This document shows, in pieces, positions 41,768-50,747 of a stretch of 64,000 bases of DNA. The translations under genes and the position numbers were made by a program. The notes beneath the pieces are model-generated. The model searched no databases. It saw nothing but the letters and a program-made list of their open reading frames with translations, and had not been told where the DNA came from. Location of the stretch: NCBI GenBank assembly GCA_963752475.1, contig CAVVYR010000029.1, positions 64,001-128,000 of the forward strand, read 5' to 3'. The stretch comes from an uncultured Chloroflexia bacterium. GTDB taxonomy: Bacteria; Chloroflexota; Limnocylindria; Limnocylindrales; CSP1-4. Positions within the stretch are counted from its first letter, which is position 1, and each line of letters begins with the position of its first letter.

Positions 41768-42907
41768 ATGACCTCTCGGGAGCGAGCGCTCGCGGCGCTG
41801 AACCACAAGGAACCGGACCGGGTCCCCATCGACCTCGGCTCGCATGGAGCCAGCCTTATCCGCCACGAGCCGTACGATGGTGCGCGCGACCTGTGGGGCC
41901 TCCCGGAAGAGGATGACAAGGGCACCTTCACGGCCTCTGGCCTGATCGTCCCGGGCGAGCGCTTCCGCCAGCGGGTCGGCGCCGACTTCGTCGATATCGG
42001 CCTCGTCTCCCTCGAGGCTTGGGAGCGCAACGACGATGGATCGTTCCTCGACGAGTGGGGTGTGACCTGGATGCGCTCGGGAGACGGCGAGCCGGCGGCG
42101 TTGGCCGGTCCGCTGGAGCGCGACGACATCACGGCCAGGGACATCCTCGATTGGGATGGTTACCCCACCGCCGACGATCCACGACGCTATCCCGGCATGG
42201 CCGAGCGTGTGGCCAGGATCCGGGCGGAGACCGACTACGCCATCGTCTTCGACTTCCATTACGGCGTCGTGCGCGAATGCCAGCGCCTCCGTGGGTTCGC
42301 ACCGTGGCTGATGGACCTCATCGGCGATCCCGAGCGGGCCGAGGCCATCATGACCAAGGTCGTGGACACGATCTCTGCCATCGCCGAGAACGCACTCGAT
42401 GAAGTAGGCGACGAGATCGACGTCTTCTGGTTCGCGGACGACATGGGCTTCCAGGACCGGCCCTACATGAAGCCCGAGATGTATCGCGAGCTGGTCAAGC
42501 CCTACCACGCCCGCTTCATCGAGCGCGTTCGCGCCAAGACCGAGGCCGTCATCATGATGCACAACGACGGCGCGATCCACGAGATGCTGGGTGACTACAT
42601 CGACATTGGCGTGCAGGCGTTGAACCCGGTGCAGGTCTCCGCCGACGGCATGGGTGACACTGCTGCACTCAAGGCCGAGTTCGGAGACGACCTCGTCTTC
42701 TGGGGCGCCATCGACACGCAGCACGTCCTGCCCTTCGGGTCACCGCAAGAAGTGCGGGACGAGGTCAAGCGCCGCATCGAGACGCTCGGCCCTGGGGGCG
42801 GCTACGTCCTCGCTCCCGGTCACAACATCCAGTCGGAGGTGCCCCCGGAGAACGTCGTCGCCATGTTCGACGCGGCCCTCGAGCTGGGCGGCTACCCACG
42901 CTCCTAA
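41768..42907 (+). CDS. URO-D-fold protein 2
   Basis: MTSRERA..EPDRVP, DEWG, DDMG, HNDG, NPVQ, FWGAIDTQ, GGGYVLAPGHNIQ. Confidence 0.88.
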   Translation: MTSRERALAALNHKEPDRVPIDLGSHGASLIRHEPYDGARDLWGLPEEDDKGTFTASGLIVPGERFRQRVGADFVDIGLVSLEAWERNDDGSFLDEWGVTWMRSGDGEPAALAGPLERDDITARDILDWDGYPTADDPRRYPGMAERVARIRAETDYAIVFDFHYGVVRECQRLRGFAPWLMDLIGDPERAEAIMTKVVDTISAIAENALDEVGDEIDVFWFADDMGFQDRPYMKPEMYRELVKPYHARFIERVRAKTEAVIMMHNDGAIHEMLGDYIDIGVQALNPVQVSADGMGDTAALKAEFGDDLVFWGAIDTQHVLPFGSPQEVRDEVKRRIETLGPGGGYVLAPGHNIQSEVPPENVVAMFDAALELGGYPRS

Positions 42908-42979
42908 GGTCCGAGACATGGCCATCGCGTGCCCGGCGGCCGGTGCCGGCGAAGTCCGTGCTGGGCGGTAGTGGAACTG

Positions 42980-42997
42980 GTCTGTATATTGGCATCA
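42980..42997. promoter_or_regulatory. Island operator site 6 (weak; P450 2)
   Basis: GTCTGTATATTGGCATCA, a degenerate match. Confidence 0.4.
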
Positions 42998-43035
42998 ACA
43001 CTGCGGCGTCCGGGCGCGACGGCCGCTGACGACCT

Positions 43036-44307
43036 ATGGCGAAGCCAGGCGAGGCGAGAAGGATGGCCGAGCAGCCGAATGACACGCTGCTGACACACCC
43101 GAGCTTCAGCGCGAACCCCTTTCCAGCCTATCGAGAGCTGCGTGAGCGTGCCCCTGTGTACCGGAGCGCCGCCTGGGACGCCTGGGTCATGACCGGGTAC
43201 GACGACATCGTCTCGGCACTACGCGACCACGAGCGGTTCTCGAGCCGCGGGCGCCTGGTCGAGATGATCGACGCCTTGCCGGAGGAAGCGCAGGGGCAAG
43301 CAGGACCGCTGCGGAACCACTTCTCGACATCGGGACTGATCCACTCGGATCCCCCCGACCACACCCGAATGCGTGGGCTCATCAAGCAGGCCTTCTCACC
43401 ACGCGTGATAGCGACCATCGAGCCGCGCATCGAGCGCATCATCGAGCGCTTGCTGGACCGGGTCGACGCGGCCCAGGGCTTCGACGTCGTCGAGCGCCTG
43501 GCCTATCCGCTCCCGGCTATCGTCATCGCCGAGCTGCTGGGCGCGCTGCCCGAGGATCGAGACCGCTTCAAGGGCTGGTCCGACGGCATCGTCGCGTTCC
43601 AAGGACAGGGTCGAGCGATCGCGGACGCCGTGCCCATGTCAGCCGAGGCCATCACTGAGATGCGGGCCTATATCGGCGAACTGATGGCCGCGCGTCGCCG
43701 GGACCACCACGACGATCTGCTCGCCGGCCTCGTCGATGTGGAACAGGCCGGCGTCGAACTCAGCGAGGACGAGATCTACTCCACGTGCGTGACGTTCCTC
43801 ATCGGCGGCCACGAGACCACCACCAGCCTTATCGCCAACTGTCTGTATACCCTGCTTCGGCGCCCCGAACAGCTCGAGCAGGCACGGACGGATCCGGTTG
43901 CCCTCGCCGGCGCCCTCGAGGAGAGCCTGCGCTTCGACAGTCCGATCCAACGGACGTTCCGCCGTGTCACACGGGACACGGAGGTCGGGGGACAGGAACT
44001 GCGTGAAGGTCAGATCGTCATCCAACTGCTGGGTGCCGCCAACCGCGACCCAGCTCACTTCGCCGATCCCGAGACGTTCGACCTCGCGCGCAAGCCGAAC
44101 CGCCATATCGCGTTCGGTAGTGGCGTTCATTTCTGTATCGGTGCCCCGCTGGCACGACTGGAGGCCCGGCTTGCGCTGCGTGCCATCCTCGAACGGTGGC
44201 CCGATCTGGAGCTAGCCGTCGAAGAGATCGAGTGGCAGAGCGAGAAGGCGCTGTTCCGATGCGTCCGCAGCCTGCCGGTCAGGTCCCGCAGGGAGAGCGG
44301 CCTTTGA
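43036..44307 (+). CDS. Cytochrome P450 (paralog 2)
   Basis: DPPDHTRMR, GGHETT, EESLR, AANRDP, HIAFGSGVHFCIG. Alternative start at 43063. Confidence 0.96.
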   Translation: MAKPGEARRMAEQPNDTLLTHPSFSANPFPAYRELRERAPVYRSAAWDAWVMTGYDDIVSALRDHERFSSRGRLVEMIDALPEEAQGQAGPLRNHFSTSGLIHSDPPDHTRMRGLIKQAFSPRVIATIEPRIERIIERLLDRVDAAQGFDVVERLAYPLPAIVIAELLGALPEDRDRFKGWSDGIVAFQGQGRAIADAVPMSAEAITEMRAYIGELMAARRRDHHDDLLAGLVDVEQAGVELSEDEIYSTCVTFLIGGHETTTSLIANCLYTLLRRPEQLEQARTDPVALAGALEESLRFDSPIQRTFRRVTRDTEVGGQELREGQIVIQLLGAANRDPAHFADPETFDLARKPNRHIAFGSGVHFCIGAPLARLEARLALRAILERWPDLELAVEEIEWQSEKALFRCVRSLPVRSRRESGL

Positions 44308-47300
44308 GGTCACGCATCCGCAGGTCGATCGCCTTCGCGCTCGTGCTGTCGCTGGCCACAGGGGGCGCTGTCGTCTCAGCTGACGCCGACGAGGCCACGG
44401 AGGCCGGCCTGGACGTTCCGACCTTCGTCGACGAGACCCTGGCCTCAGGGATCGACCACGTGAACAGCTACGTGGCCACGCCAGAGAGCCCTGACGGGGG
44501 CTGGGAGTTCATCGTCGGCGGCGGCCTGGCCGTCCTCGACTGCGACCGTGACGACCTGCCCGACCTGTACCTTGCCGGCGGCAGCAGCCCGGCGAGCCTC
44601 TATCGCAACGTGAGCGACCTGGGCGGGCCACTCAAGTTCAAGCGTCTGAACTCCGACGAGACGGACCTCATCCATGTCACCGGCGCCTATCCCGTCGACA
44701 TCGACAGCGACGATCTGCTCGACCTGGTCGTGCTCCGCCGCGGCCCCAACGCGGTGCTCCGCGGGCTGGGCGACTGCCGTTTCGAGCCGGCTAACTCGCG
44801 GCTCGGTGTGGATGGCGGCGACGACTGGACGACCGCTTTCAGTGCCAAGTGGGAAGGCGAAGCTGCTTTGCCGACGTTGGCATTCGGCAACTACCAAGCG
44901 CTCGATGCGGCCGGTGAGTTGGTCCCGGGCACGTGCGCCGATCAACAGCTCTACCGCCCGCGACCCGGCGCCGTGCGCTACGGGCCACCGGTCCCGCTGT
45001 CACCCGGCTGGTGCACGCTTTCGATGCTCTTCAGCGACTGGGACCGGTCGGGGCGTCGCGACTTGCGCGTGAGCAACGACCGTCAGTACTACGTCTCAGC
45101 GGGCGAGGAGCAACTGTGGCAGATGGACGACGAACCCCGGCTGTACACCGACGCCGACGGCTGGGAGCGAACCCTGATCTTCGGCATGGGCATCGCCAGC
45201 GCCGACATCACTCGCGACGGCTACCCCGAGGTCTTCCTGACCACGATGAGCCACAACAAGCTGCTGACCCTGTCTGACGGGCCTGAGCGGCCAAGCTACG
45301 ACGACGTGGCTCGAGAGCTGGGTGCATCCACGGGCCGCCCGGTCACCGGCGACGACACGCGACCGTCGACGGCGTGGCACCCCGAGTTCGCAGATGTCAA
45401 CAACGACGGACGCCTCGATCTCTACGTCTCGAAGGGCAACCTCGATGCGCTACCTGACCAGGCCAACCACGACCCCAGCAGCTTGATGCTGCAGCGAACT
45501 GACGGGACCTTCGTGGAGATGGCACCTGCCGCCGGCCTCGCCAATGACGCCCGCGCGCGCGGCGCCGCCCTGGTGGACCTCAACCTCGACGGCCTGCTCG
45601 ACCTCGTCGAGGTCAACCTGGGCGATGAGGCAGAGGTCTGGCGCAACGCCGGCGTCGGGACCGCCACCGAGCCTGCACCGATGGGGCACTGGCTGGCCGT
45701 CGAGTTGCACGAGGACGGGCCGAACGCCGACGCGATCGGCGCCTGGATCGAGATCAAAGCCGAAGGCGGGATCCAGCGGCGCGAGGTCACCGTGGGCGGC
45801 GGCCACATCTCGGGCCAGCTGGGCCCGACCCACTTCGGCCTGGGCCCGGCCGAGCAGGCCGAGGTGCGCGTGACCTGGCCCGACGGCGAGGTCGGACCAT
45901 GGACCCCGGTCAGCGCCGACCAGCGCATCCGCATCGAGCGTGGCGGGATGAGCCCGGTGGCCCTGACGGTCGCGACCGAGATGACCGGTGCGCTACCCCT
46001 GGTGCGCGAGAGCGAAGCCGGGCCCGAGCTGCCGCCGGTCCCGTCGGTGGACCCGTCCACCTGCGTGCCGAGCGCTGACCGCGAGCACTCGGTCGCCCGC
46101 CTCTGGGACGAGGCCCTGCTCGACGCCATCCGCCGTGACTTCCCGGCCCCCACCGTGCACGCGCGCAACCTCTACCACGCGTCGGCCGCGATGTGGGATG
46201 CCTGGGCCGCCTACGACTCGACCGCCGATGGTGTCTTCTATCGGCGGCAAGGCCACCGCCGACGACGTCGCGGCCGCGCGCGACGAGGCCGTCAGCTACG
46301 CCGCCTACCGCGTCCTGTCGCACCGCTACCGCGACAGCGCCGGAGGTGCGCAGTCCCTGCGCCGGTTCGACCAGCTCATGGCCGAGCTCTGCTACCCGTG
46401 GGAGATCGAGGCCGCCGACGATGCGACCCCGGCCACGCTGGGCAACCGCATCGCGGCCACGGTCATCGAGGCCACCATGGACGACGGCGCGCTGGAGCAG
46501 CAGGGCTACACCACGCGCGACTACGTCGCGGTGAACGAGCCGATGATCGTGCAGGAGCCGGGCACGGTCATGACCGACCCCAACCGCTGGCAGCCGCTGG
46601 CGCTCGAGATCAGCTACACCCAGAACGGCCAGCTGCTGCCGATCGGGCCGCAGGAGTTCATCGGGCCGCACTGGGGCGAGGTCACCTCCTTCGCCCTGCC
46701 CGAGCCGCTCGAGCACGGCATGCCCATCGACCCCGGCGGCCCGCCCCATCTCGGTGACCCCGCCACCGATGCCGAGTTCAAGGCCAAGGCCGTGGAGGTC
46801 GTCGCGTACAGCGCGCTGCTGGACCCGCGCGACGGCGTGACCGTCGACATCGGCCCGGCCACCTGGGGCAACGCGCCGCTGGGGACGAACGATCGGGCCG
46901 GCCACGCGTTCAACCCCTGGACCAGCCTGCCGTATGCGCCGGTCGAGGTACCGCGCGCGGACTTCGGGCGCGTGCTGGCCGAGTTCTGGGCCGACGGTCC
47001 CGACTCGGAGACCCCGCCGGGCCACTGGAACACGCTCGCCAACAGCGTCGTCGACCACCCCGCGTTCGAACGCCGCATCGCCGGCCGCGGCCCCGTGCTC
47101 GACCCGCTCGAATGGGATGTGAAGCTGTACCTCGCGCTCAACGGCGCGGTGCACGATGCGGCCGTGGCCGCCTGGGGCGCCAAGGGCCACTACGACTACG
47201 TGCGGCCGATCAGCATGATCCGCTACATGGGCGGCCTCGGCCAGTCGAGCGACCCGGGGCTGCCCGCGTACCACCCCGACGGGCTGCCGCTCATCGAGGG

Positions 47301-47826
47301 CCAGGTCGAGCTCATCACCGCGGCCTCGGCCGCCGCCGGCGAGCGCCACGAGCACCTCGATGACTTCGTCGGGGAGATCGCGGTGCGGGCCTGGAGCGGG
47401 AACCCCCGCGAGACCGAGTCGGAGCTCGGCGGGGTCGACTGGATCCGGGCGGTCGAGTGGGTGCCCTACCAGCTCTCGACCTTCGTGACGCCCAGCTTCG
47501 CAGGCTACGTCAGCGGCCACTCCACCTTCAGCCGAGCGGCCGCGGAGGTGCTCACCGAGATGACCGGCTCGGCGTACTTCCCCGGTGGGCTCGGCACCTG
47601 GACGGTGCCGGCGGGTTCGCTCGAGTTCGAGCTCGGGCCCAGCGTCGACGTGCCGCTGGCTTGGGCCACGTACTACGACGCGGCCGATCAGGCCGGGCTC
47701 TCACGGCTCTACGGCGGCATCCACGTCGAGGCCGACGACCTGCGCGGTCGGGTCATGGGCGCGCAGTGCGGCCGGGACGCGTGGGCCCTGGCGCAGACCT
47801 ACTGGGACGGGACGGCGCGCGGCTAG
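44304..47826 (+). CDS. Secreted CRTAC1/FG-GAP-ASPIC/UnbV + vanadium-dependent haloperoxidase-like fusion (+1 frameshift near 46242)
   Basis: TTG start overlaps the P450 stop; signal peptide; repeated DxDxDGxxDL motifs; NADAIGA..HFGLG (ASPIC/UnbV); then SVARLWDEALLDAIR, KGHYDYVRP, GYVSGHS, SRLYGGIH (VHPO/PAP2 active-site motifs). Confidence 0.8.
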
Positions 47827-47832
47827 CCGGGG

Positions 47833-48288
47833 CTAGCGTCCAGCGCGCTCACGATCGTCGAGCTGCTTGATCTTCGCGACCTTGCGCTCGGACCGCCCGC
47901 CTGCGAAATCCCCGGAGATCCAGTGGTCGACCAGAAGCGGCGCCACGTTCCGTCCCACCACAAGACTGCCGAGACACAGCACGCGCGCATCGTTCGACTT
48001 GATGGCGCGCTCTGCGGAGTATGGGTCGGTGACGGGCGCCGCGCGGACGCCGTGAACCTTGTTTGCGACGATGGCCATCCCGAGCCCAGTGCCACAACAC
48101 AACACAGCCCGTTCGACCTCGCCTGTGGCGACAGCGCGAGCGACGGGCTCAGCAACATCCGGGTAGTCCTCGTCTTGTCCCGGCTGCAGCCCGTAGTCGA
48201 TGACCTCGTGTCCCTGCTCGGCGAGATGATCACGTACGAGGTCCTTGAGTTCGACGGCGTTGGCGTCGGCACCTACGGCGATGCGCAT
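47833..48288 (-). CDS. RpiB/LacA/LacB sugar-phosphate isomerase, DerI-like
   Basis: DYPDVA, CGTGLG, ANKVHGVRAA, YSAERAIKSNDA; lacks the His of the usual DHAG motif. Confidence 0.85.
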   Translation of the reverse strand: MRIAVGADANAVELKDLVRDHLAEQGHEVIDYGLQPGQDEDYPDVAEPVARAVATGEVERAVLCCGTGLGMAIVANKVHGVRAAPVTDPYSAERAIKSNDARVLCLGSLVVGRNVAPLLVDHWISGDFAGGRSERKVAKIKQLDDRERAGR

Positions 48289-48372
48289 GGCGGTGGCTCC
48301 TGCGGGTTGGAGAGAGTGCCAGTATGACCGGAGTCTTGCGCGCGATGAAGCGCATGGGGTAGTGGCCCTACG

Positions 48373-49278
48373 TCAGCCCAGGGGCGGCAGGCTCTTCCAG
48401 AGTGAGAGGTCGAGGTCGGGCATGACCTTGCGTAGCCTGCGCACGTCGTCGGCGTAGTACTGGCCCAACCACTCGCGCGCGGAGTCAGGCAGGGTGACGT
48501 GCTCCGTGGCCTTCTTGCGCGCCCGCCGGATCTCCTGCACCGATGCGTTCTGGTCGCGCAGCCCGAGGAACGAGTACGTCCGGTTCAACTGCGTCTGAGC
48601 ATCCTCGACGCACTGCTCGTACTGCAGCAGCAGGAACTGCTCACGCGGGAAGTGCTCGAACCACCACGACAGCTGCGTCCCGTAGCGACTGCGCTCCATG
48701 GCCTCGACGACGCGGTGCTCGCGGGAGCCGAGCTCACCTGCACCGACCTCACCCTTGAGCGCACCCGCTCGCTTGAGCAGGCCCAGGTTCGAGACGTAGC
48801 GCTCGACGGGGTCGCGCATGAGCACGATGAGCTTCGCGTCCGGGGCCACGTGCTTGAGCATCGGCGCGACCCACGGCTGGTACAGGTAGCCGGGTGTCTT
48901 CTCGCCCACGAGGCTGCCCTGCGGCCGCGGGAAGTATCGCTGGTACTGCCCGAATTGCTCCTCGCTGGGCCAGCGGTCCCAGAAGTGATCGAAGAAGTGC
49001 AGCTCTCGCCGCTGGCGGTGCGGCCGATGGATCTCCAGGTGGCCCTCCATCAGGCCCTGCCACCAGGTCGTGCCCGACTTCTGGGCGCCGATGATGACGA
49101 AGTCCGGCGGACCGGACGGCCAGTCGGGCGGCGCGTCGGGCGGCGGCTGCAGCTGGTCGTAACGGGAGCGGACGGCGCCACCCTTGGGCTTGTCGGAGGC
49201 ACCGAATGGCGTCGCGCGCACGCCCTTGACGATGGCGCGCTTCCACGCCGGAGGTCGCTTCTTGTTCTTCGAGCTCAT
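48373..49278 (-). CDS. PAPS-dependent sulfotransferase
   Basis: PDFVIIGAQKSGTT (5'-PSB), ELHFF, EKTPGY, RDPVERYVS (3'-PB). Confidence 0.9.
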   Translation of the reverse strand: MSSKNKKRPPAWKRAIVKGVRATPFGASDKPKGGAVRSRYDQLQPPPDAPPDWPSGPPDFVIIGAQKSGTTWWQGLMEGHLEIHRPHRQRRELHFFDHFWDRWPSEEQFGQYQRYFPRPQGSLVGEKTPGYLYQPWVAPMLKHVAPDAKLIVLMRDPVERYVSNLGLLKRAGALKGEVGAGELGSREHRVVEAMERSRYGTQLSWWFEHFPREQFLLLQYEQCVEDAQTQLNRTYSFLGLRDQNASVQEIRRARKKATEHVTLPDSAREWLGQYYADDVRRLRKVMPDLDLSLWKSLPPLG

Positions 49279-50687
49279 GGTCGGTTCCAGCCTAGCCGAC
49301 GTGGCGTGGTCGGCGTCTCGGCCACGCTCATCTCGGCCGACGAACCCGCCGGCGTCTCCTTCTGCGCGATGGTACGCATGGCGATCTGGTTGCCGACGTC
49401 GTGCCCGGCATTCTCCGACAGCAGCCAGCGCACCTCGAGCAGGTCGCAGTAGGCCTGCACCGGATCGATGTCCTCTCCCGTGAGCTCGATCAGCTGACCC
49501 ACGACCGGCTCGAAGATCTCGAGCATCCAGCGAGCGCCATCGCTGCGAGTCAACCGGCGGCCACTCTCGCCCTCCTTGAGGTCCCAGTCACCGGCCCAGC
49601 CCAGCCCGGCCGAGGCGGTGAGGTCGTTGAGCAGGATGGCCGACTGCCCCTCGCCGGCCTCGATACCGGTCAGCTGGCGCAGCCGTCGGGAGTGGTAGTC
49701 GCGACCAGCCACGGCCACGCGCAGCGTTAGCTCGCCGGTGCCATCCTCGCCAGGTTCCAGGATGACCTCGTCGACGACGTAGCCCAGCTCGTTGATGTCG
49801 TGCAAACGCCTGGCCACGCGATGCTGCTTGTCCGGCCGGATGGTCACGTTTCCGTGGAGCACGTCCCACAGCCGTTCGTAGCGCTCGCGGATGCTCAGGG
49901 CTGCCTCGAAGTCGTCGTCCATCTCCTCCATCGACTTGCCGTTCATGACCCCCATGTCGGCAAGGTCACCGGCCACGTTCTCGATGGCGATCTCGATGTC
50001 GGCCTCGCGCTGACCGTCGGAGATGTGCTCGTAGAGCTCGCTCGTCTCGCCGTCCACGAGGTAGGCCTGCAGGCGCTGGCCGTCACGCATGAGCAGTGTG
50101 TTGGCCAGCGAGCAGTCGCCCCAGAACATGCCCATGCGGTGGATCTCCACGAGTAGGCCGGCCATCGAGTCGAGCAGCTTGTCGCGATAGCGCACCTCCC
50201 CCTCCGGCAGGCGCATGAAGAGGCGACGGAACTGGAACGATCGCGACAGGTAGCGCGTGAGGATGATCGATGACTCGTCACCCGTACGCGTGACCAGGCC
50301 GAAGGCCTTGACCGAGGGTGCGCCCCTCGCCTCCAGCTCGCGCAGCACGTCGTACTCCTGCTGGCCCACGAGCAGCGGCAGCTCCTTGAGCGCGATGATG
50401 TGGCCGTCGACCATGGCGAAGCGGACCGTGTGCCGGCTGGCGCCGACGGGCAGGTCGACGAACTCGAGGTCAGGCCCGGACCAGTGGGCCAGCGGCTTGT
50501 CCCAGGGCATCGCGACGAGCGCCTGGTTCGACTCGCGGAAGCGCATCGTGATGCGACCGGGTTCGAACGGTTCGATCTCGCTGGTGGGGATGGCGTCGGG
50601 GTCCGGCTCGTCCGGACCGCGCATGGGCTCGCCGTCCCACGCCAGGGTCGCGTCACTGAACGGCTCGTGGCCGATGTGTTCGTCCAT
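49275..50687 (-). CDS. DUF4032 / kinase-like (Kdo-type) protein
   Basis: LVAMPWDKPLAHW, GASRHTVRF, FWGDCSLANTL, YLVDGET, RWLLSE..GHDVG. Confidence 0.8.
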   Translation of the reverse strand: MDEHIGHEPFSDATLAWDGEPMRGPDEPDPDAIPTSEIEPFEPGRITMRFRESNQALVAMPWDKPLAHWSGPDLEFVDLPVGASRHTVRFAMVDGHIIALKELPLLVGQQEYDVLRELEARGAPSVKAFGLVTRTGDESSIILTRYLSRSFQFRRLFMRLPEGEVRYRDKLLDSMAGLLVEIHRMGMFWGDCSLANTLLMRDGQRLQAYLVDGETSELYEHISDGQREADIEIAIENVAGDLADMGVMNGKSMEEMDDDFEAALSIRERYERLWDVLHGNVTIRPDKQHRVARRLHDINELGYVVDEVILEPGEDGTGELTLRVAVAGRDYHSRRLRQLTGIEAGEGQSAILLNDLTASAGLGWAGDWDLKEGESGRRLTRSDGARWMLEIFEPVVGQLIELTGEDIDPVQAYCDLLEVRWLLSENAGHDVGNQIAMRTIAQKETPAGSSAEMSVAETPTTPRRLGWNRP

Positions 50688-50747
50688 CGGCGGCAAGTCT
50701 AGGGCGTCCTGCGGCGACCGACCGGCATCACCGATACGATGGGGTCC

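Noticed and set aside
23343-48372. Island as an integrative mobile element
   Set aside because: No integrase, transposase, tRNA or flanking direct repeats seen. Codon usage looks somewhat less GC3-biased, but I could not quantify it.
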